A stretch of 64,000 nt of DNA, from NCBI GenBank assembly GCA_016840085.1, contig JAEOTA010000018.1, positions 1 to 64,000 on the forward strand, given 5' to 3'. Below, one piece after another: positions 59,816 through 64,000 of the stretch (position 1 is its first letter; each line of letters starts with the position of its first letter). The DNA is from Promethearchaeota archaeon (GTDB lineage Archaea; Asgardarchaeota; Lokiarchaeia; Sigyniarchaeales; SOKP01). Under the pieces are notes generated by a model that saw only the letters and a list, made by a program, of their open reading frames with translations, made no database searches and was not told the DNA's origin. The position numbers were made by a program, and so were the translations under genes.

Positions 59816-62746
59816 TTACATTCTTTGTTCTTTCCACTCTAAATATGCTTTTGTCTCTTTCCCTCGCCATATAGCGTTCTTACCTGTTTCTTCCTCGAAT
59901 TGCTTTTGTAAAGTCTCCTCATCAATAGGTTCTTCTGCTATTTTTTCTTTTTTGGGTTTCTCTTTAAATGGGGTTGTTTTCTTAGCTTTTACTTTTTTTG
60001 CTTTTGAAGGTGTTTTTTTAGGGATAGGTTGTTTTTCAATTTCTTCTCGAATTTGGTCTACATCAAGCGCTTTGGCTTTGAGGAGTAAAACATCTAAATT
60101 CACAGAAGAAGAGTGATCTGTACGCATCGGGTCTATGCCATCATCGCCAAAGCGAAACTGGATGACATTTTTATCTGAGTTTCTAACAGTTCCATCATTT
60201 TCTACGACCATATCTTGTAGGGCATTCACTAACCTACGTTGCATGTACCCAGAAGTACTGGTTCGGACTGCAGTATCCACAAGTCCTTCTCTGCCCCCCA
60301 TACTATGAAAGAAGAATTCTGCTGGCCGTAATCCGTTTCTGTAAGATGCCTCAACAAAACCCCTCGCAAGTGGCGTTAAATCATTTAATTTAAAATGTGG
60401 TAAGGTTCTACTACTATAGCCTCTATTAATTCTTTCACCTCTAATCGCTTGTTGCCCAACAAGCGCAGACATTTGCCCTAGATTTACTATATTTCCTCTA
60501 GCTCCTGACTTAGTCATAATAACAGAGTGAGCTTCATCTCCAATAAAGTCAGCAGCAGTTTCTTCAGCTTTTTTACGTGCTTCGGCTAAAACTTGTCGTA
60601 TTCGTAATTCTAATGTTTCTCTCATAGACCGTCCAGGTGCTCGTTTGAGAATCTTTGTATCATTTTCGTAAAATGCATTTATGAGTCTTCCAGACTCCTC
60701 ATCTGATTCTTTTAAGATCTTCTGGATTTCTTCATATGCATGACCGTGTACATAAACCTCATCTAAGCCCATGGTCATACCATTTTTTCTTATAATATAA
60801 AGTAGCATTTTAGTAGCACTGTCTAAAAATTGTCGTCCACGAGCATTGCCATGATCTTTAATAATGCGTTGTAAAATGCTATTAGATTGCATAGCTCCAA
60901 ATGAATTTTCATCAATAGTTCCGGTCACCAACTTTCCATTTTTAATGACAACATATGCATCATAAGGACAATCATCTTCTGTGCATACATCACATTTCTT
61001 GCAAAATTTCGACTTTACTTTAATATTTAAATCATCTGGAAATAGCGAACTAAATATTTGTTTTCCCGAATACATTGGCTCTGGTTCAGTAACTACAGGT
61101 TTCAATTGATCTAATTTAAAATCAGGTTTATTTTTGAAGATATCACCAGCATATAATAATTTTAACGTGTCTTTTTTATTATATATAGAATCTATACTTG
61201 TAAATTGAAATACACTTGATATAAAATCTTGGATACCTCCTAAGATTGGTCCTCCAAATCGAGGGGATAAAATATGTTCTTGCACTTTAAGCAGTAATTC
61301 TGCTTCTGTTCGAGCTTCCTCACTTTGAGGAACATGTAAATTCATTTCATCTCCATCAAAATCAGCATTATATGGAGGGCACACAGTTAAATTCAATCGA
61401 AAAGTTCTTCCATCCATAATTTTTACTTCATGAGCCATGATAGACATTCTATGAAGAGATGGTTGTCGATTGAATAATACTAGATCTCCGTCACTTAAAT
61501 GCCGTTCAACCGTGAATCCTGGAGCTAACATATCAGAGATAATTTTTCGATTTTTTACATACCGTAAGTCAATTCTTCTGCGATCATTACGAATAATATA
61601 ATTAGCTCCTGGATGTCTGAAGGGTCCATTCAAGACCATTTGTTTCATTTCTTCAATATTCCAATCATTAACATTAGTAGGAATAGTTAAAATTTTTGCT
61701 ATTTCTATTGGGACGCCTACGTCGTTAATGCTGATATATGGATTTGGTGAGATTACACTTCTTGCTGAAAAATCAACTCTCTTCCCACTTAAATTACTCC
61801 TAAATCTACCCTCCTTGCCTTTCAATCGTTGAGTTAAGGTCCTAAGTGCTCGACCTGAACGATGTCTGGCAGGTGGTATTCCTGATACTTGATTATCAAA
61901 ATAGGTTGTTATATGATATTGCAATAACTCCCAAAGATCTTCAACAATTAAATGAGGTGCGCCAGCATCAATATTTTCTCTTAATCTCTGGTTTATTCTG
62001 ATGACATCTACCAATTTATGAGTGAGATCATCTTCAGAACGGATACCGCTATCTAGAGTAATAGATGGTCTCGCGCATACAGGTGGTATAGGTAAGACTG
62101 TAAATATAACCCATTCGAGTCTTGCGTTTTCAGGTGAAATTCCCAAAATCCTAAGATCAACATCACTCATTTTTTTAAGACGTTCTATAATCTCTATAGG
62201 CGTTATTCTACGAGAACCCTTTCCTTCTTCTTCCTCATAAAAAGTAGTAGGTTTTTCTATAACTATTTTTTTTTTCATAGCGCCGCAAAATGGACATGTT
62301 TTGGTCTTTCTTGCCCTTTTGAATACTATTTTAGCGGCATCTTCATCACCTTCGAAAAACAATTTTCGATGCTTAATTTGATCTTGTCTGAATTTTTCTT
62401 TTTCTTCATCAGTAAGCAATAATCGAGAGCATTCAGGGCAAATTGATCGTAAAACTTTTAAAACTTTCTTTGCATAACCCACATGAATGACCGGGCGAGC
62501 AAGCTCAATGTGTCCGAAATGACCCATGCAATTGCTTACAAGATTGCCGCAAGTCTGACAACGTTGTCCTGGTTCTATTGTGCCTAATCTCTGGTCCATT
62601 AATCCGCTCGGTATCGGGAGACCATCCTCATCATAAGTATCAGCTGTAATTATTCTTGCGGCAGACATTTTTCTAATCTCATCTGGGCTTAATAACCCAA
62701 ATTTGATTTTCTCAATCATTTTATTTCGAGAAAATGAATAACTCAT
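59816..62746 (-). CDS. rpoA1: DNA-directed RNA polymerase subunit A' (Rpo1N) with C-terminal extension
   Basis: C..CG...[47 protein letters not shown]. Confidence 0.98.
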   Translation of the reverse strand: MSYSFSRNKMIEKIKFGLLSPDEIRKMSAARIITADTYDEDGLPIPSGLMDQRLGTIEPGQRCQTCGNLVSNCMGHFGHIELARPVIHVGYAKKVLKVLRSICPECSRLLLTDEEKEKFRQDQIKHRKLFFEGDEDAAKIVFKRARKTKTCPFCGAMKKKIVIEKPTTFYEEEEGKGSRRITPIEIIERLKKMSDVDLRILGISPENARLEWVIFTVLPIPPVCARPSITLDSGIRSEDDLTHKLVDVIRINQRLRENIDAGAPHLIVEDLWELLQYHITTYFDNQVSGIPPARHRSGRALRTLTQRLKGKEGRFRSNLSGKRVDFSARSVISPNPYISINDVGVPIEIAKILTIPTNVNDWNIEEMKQMVLNGPFRHPGANYIIRNDRRRIDLRYVKNRKIISDMLAPGFTVERHLSDGDLVLFNRQPSLHRMSIMAHEVKIMDGRTFRLNLTVCPPYNADFDGDEMNLHVPQSEEARTEAELLLKVQEHILSPRFGGPILGGIQDFISSVFQFTSIDSIYNKKDTLKLLYAGDIFKNKPDFKLDQLKPVVTEPEPMYSGKQIFSSLFPDDLNIKVKSKFCKKCDVCTEDDCPYDAYVVIKNGKLVTGTIDENSFGAMQSNSILQRIIKDHGNARGRQFLDSATKMLLYIIRKNGMTMGLDEVYVHGHAYEEIQKILKESDEESGRLINAFYENDTKILKRAPGRSMRETLELRIRQVLAEARKKAEETAADFIGDEAHSVIMTKSGARGNIVNLGQMSALVGQQAIRGERINRGYSSRTLPHFKLNDLTPLARGFVEASYRNGLRPAEFFFHSMGGREGLVDTAVRTSTSGYMQRRLVNALQDMVVENDGTVRNSDKNVIQFRFGDDGIDPMRTDHSSSVNLDVLLLKAKALDVDQIREEIEKQPIPKKTPSKAKKVKAKKTTPFKEKPKKEKIAEEPIDEETLQKQFEEETGKNAIWRGKETKAYLEWKEQRM

Positions 62747-63040
62747 AAGTTATATACCTCTATATTTATATTTTCAGTCAATTTCAGTGAAGAAGAAGGG
62801 TATGTCATAGGAGAAAACATCCTCTATAATGGTTATAATATACAATATTTAAAAAATAAGATAACAAGTCTTCCACTGTAAATAGGATAAGATAGCAAAT
62901 AATAAAAATTTTATTGTTTTCGGCTTATTTAATATTGTTATTAGCAATCTAAATCTAAATCAATAATTTGTTTTTTCAAAATAAACATTAATTCATGAAT
63001 ATTTAAATACTATTAAATTAAAGTATCCACTTGAGTAAAA

Positions 63041-63865
63041 ATGGGATCAAATAATGAAAAAGAAGAAATGATTGTTAAAAAATATCCGAAAACTCATAAA
63101 TTAATGTTTGATATGCTAGATTTAAGTTTACAACTCCATCATGTTCATGTGATTGCACAAGTCGATGTTGATTTAGTTTTAAGACTCTTAGAACAATATA
63201 AGGATAATCAAAATGAAAAGCTATCCTTTACAGGTTATCTCATTTATGTAATTTCTAGAGCAATCGAGAAATATAAGGATGCTCATGCTATACGAGTTGG
63301 TCTTAAGAGATATATTTTTAATGATGTAGATGTGCACATTATTATAGAAAGAGAAACAAAAGATGGTGAACTAGTTCCAACAAGTCATATTATTCGTCAA
63401 GCTAACCGTAAATCCCTCCTCGAAATTCATAATGAAATCCGAAATGCACAAGAGCAAAGTATTGAGGGGTTAGTAGGTCTTGGAACGAGAAGAGAGAAGC
63501 TGCAAAAGTTATTTAGTTCATTTCCTGGGTTTTTACGGAAAAAAATCTTAAAAAGAATGCTGAAAAAACCTAAAATGATGAAAAAAAATATAGGCACTGT
63601 TTGTGTTACTGCTGTAGGAATGTTAACTAAAGATATAAGGACTATTGGAATGCCAATTCCTGTCCAGCCGTGGCCCATCCAATTCTCAATAGGGTGTTTA
63701 GATAAAAGATTTAAGATGATAAATGGAAAAATGATTGAACGAGATGTTCTTAATGTATCGATTACTTTTGATCATGATGTTATACAGGGAGGTGTTATAA
63801 CGAGGTTCCTTACTGAAATTTATAATATGGTTGAATCTGGTTTTGGATTAAAACAAACACTCTGA
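63041..63865 (+). CDS. Stand-alone 2-oxoacid dehydrogenase E2-type acyltransferase catalytic domain
   Basis: LSFT.Y.I.....A, IIR.A..KS..EI..EI, GT..VT.VGM, SITFDHDVIQG; no lipoyl domain. Confidence 0.85.
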   Translation: MGSNNEKEEMIVKKYPKTHKLMFDMLDLSLQLHHVHVIAQVDVDLVLRLLEQYKDNQNEKLSFTGYLIYVISRAIEKYKDAHAIRVGLKRYIFNDVDVHIIIERETKDGELVPTSHIIRQANRKSLLEIHNEIRNAQEQSIEGLVGLGTRREKLQKLFSSFPGFLRKKILKRMLKKPKMMKKNIGTVCVTAVGMLTKDIRTIGMPIPVQPWPIQFSIGCLDKRFKMINGKMIERDVLNVSITFDHDVIQGGVITRFLTEIYNMVESGFGLKQTL

Positions 63866-64000
63866 AGTTTAGATATATTAGATTTTAAACCCTTAAAAAA
63901 GAATTTTGTAATTATTAAATTGTATCTCAAACAACGCTTTAATTAATTGATATATTTAATTACATAATAATGAAGACAATAGATGTTTTTAGGAGTAAAA

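Noticed and set aside
59799-59870. ORF-track N-terminal extension of RpoA2 overlapping rpoA1
   Set aside because: A strong SD (AAGGAG) precedes ATG 59798; the extension is just the alternative frame of the RpoA1 tail.
62743-62820. 25-codon upstream ORF whose stop overlaps the rpoA1 ATG
   Set aside because: No similarity to RpoH or RpoB is evident; such short ORFs are expected by chance and there is no conservation evidence.
1-64000. tRNA, rRNA, IS elements, and endA or rtcB genes
   Set aside because: No GC-rich cloverleaf or rRNA segments, transposases, splicing endonuclease or RtcB ligase were recognised by eye in this window. tRNAscan-SE and Infernal were not run.

Overview
AT-rich archaeal chromosomal segment, almost certainly from an Asgard archaeon of the Lokiarchaeia type. 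This rests on Rab/Arf-like small GTPases, a eukaryote-like STT3/AglB, a divergent EF-2 and split RpoA1/RpoA2. Most of the window is core information-processing genes: rpoA1-rpoA2-L30e-nusA-S12-S7, L44e-S27e, PCNA-PriL-PriS-GINS, aIF2alpha-Nop10, EF-1alpha, aIF5B, RFC, UvrAB, CCA-adding enzyme, TYW1, TruA, Csl4-RpoL, TFS, enolase and PyrB. The first ~6 kb is accessory: a giant repeat/LAGLIDADG-like/PD-(D/E)XK protein and a membrane HEPN-like protein. Main discovery: the EF-2 family gene (minus strand, true extent 16392-14080) is interrupted by two related 30-nt, stop-containing inserts at 16273-16302 and 16144-16173. Each folds with its exon flanks into a bulge-helix-bulge (BHB) splice motif. 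Cutting at the canonical endonuclease positions exactly restores the P-loop (AHIDHGKTT) and switch I (TDSDDEEQERGITI). These look like tRNA-type mini-introns in an Asgard mRNA. Other notable items: a ~28-aa motif shared by the RpoA1 C-terminal tail and the ORF1 repeats, a wHTH-ATP-cone-degenerate NrdD fusion, several probable ATT/GTT start codons, and a rearranged str operon. All calls are from reading the sequence by eye; no searches were run.
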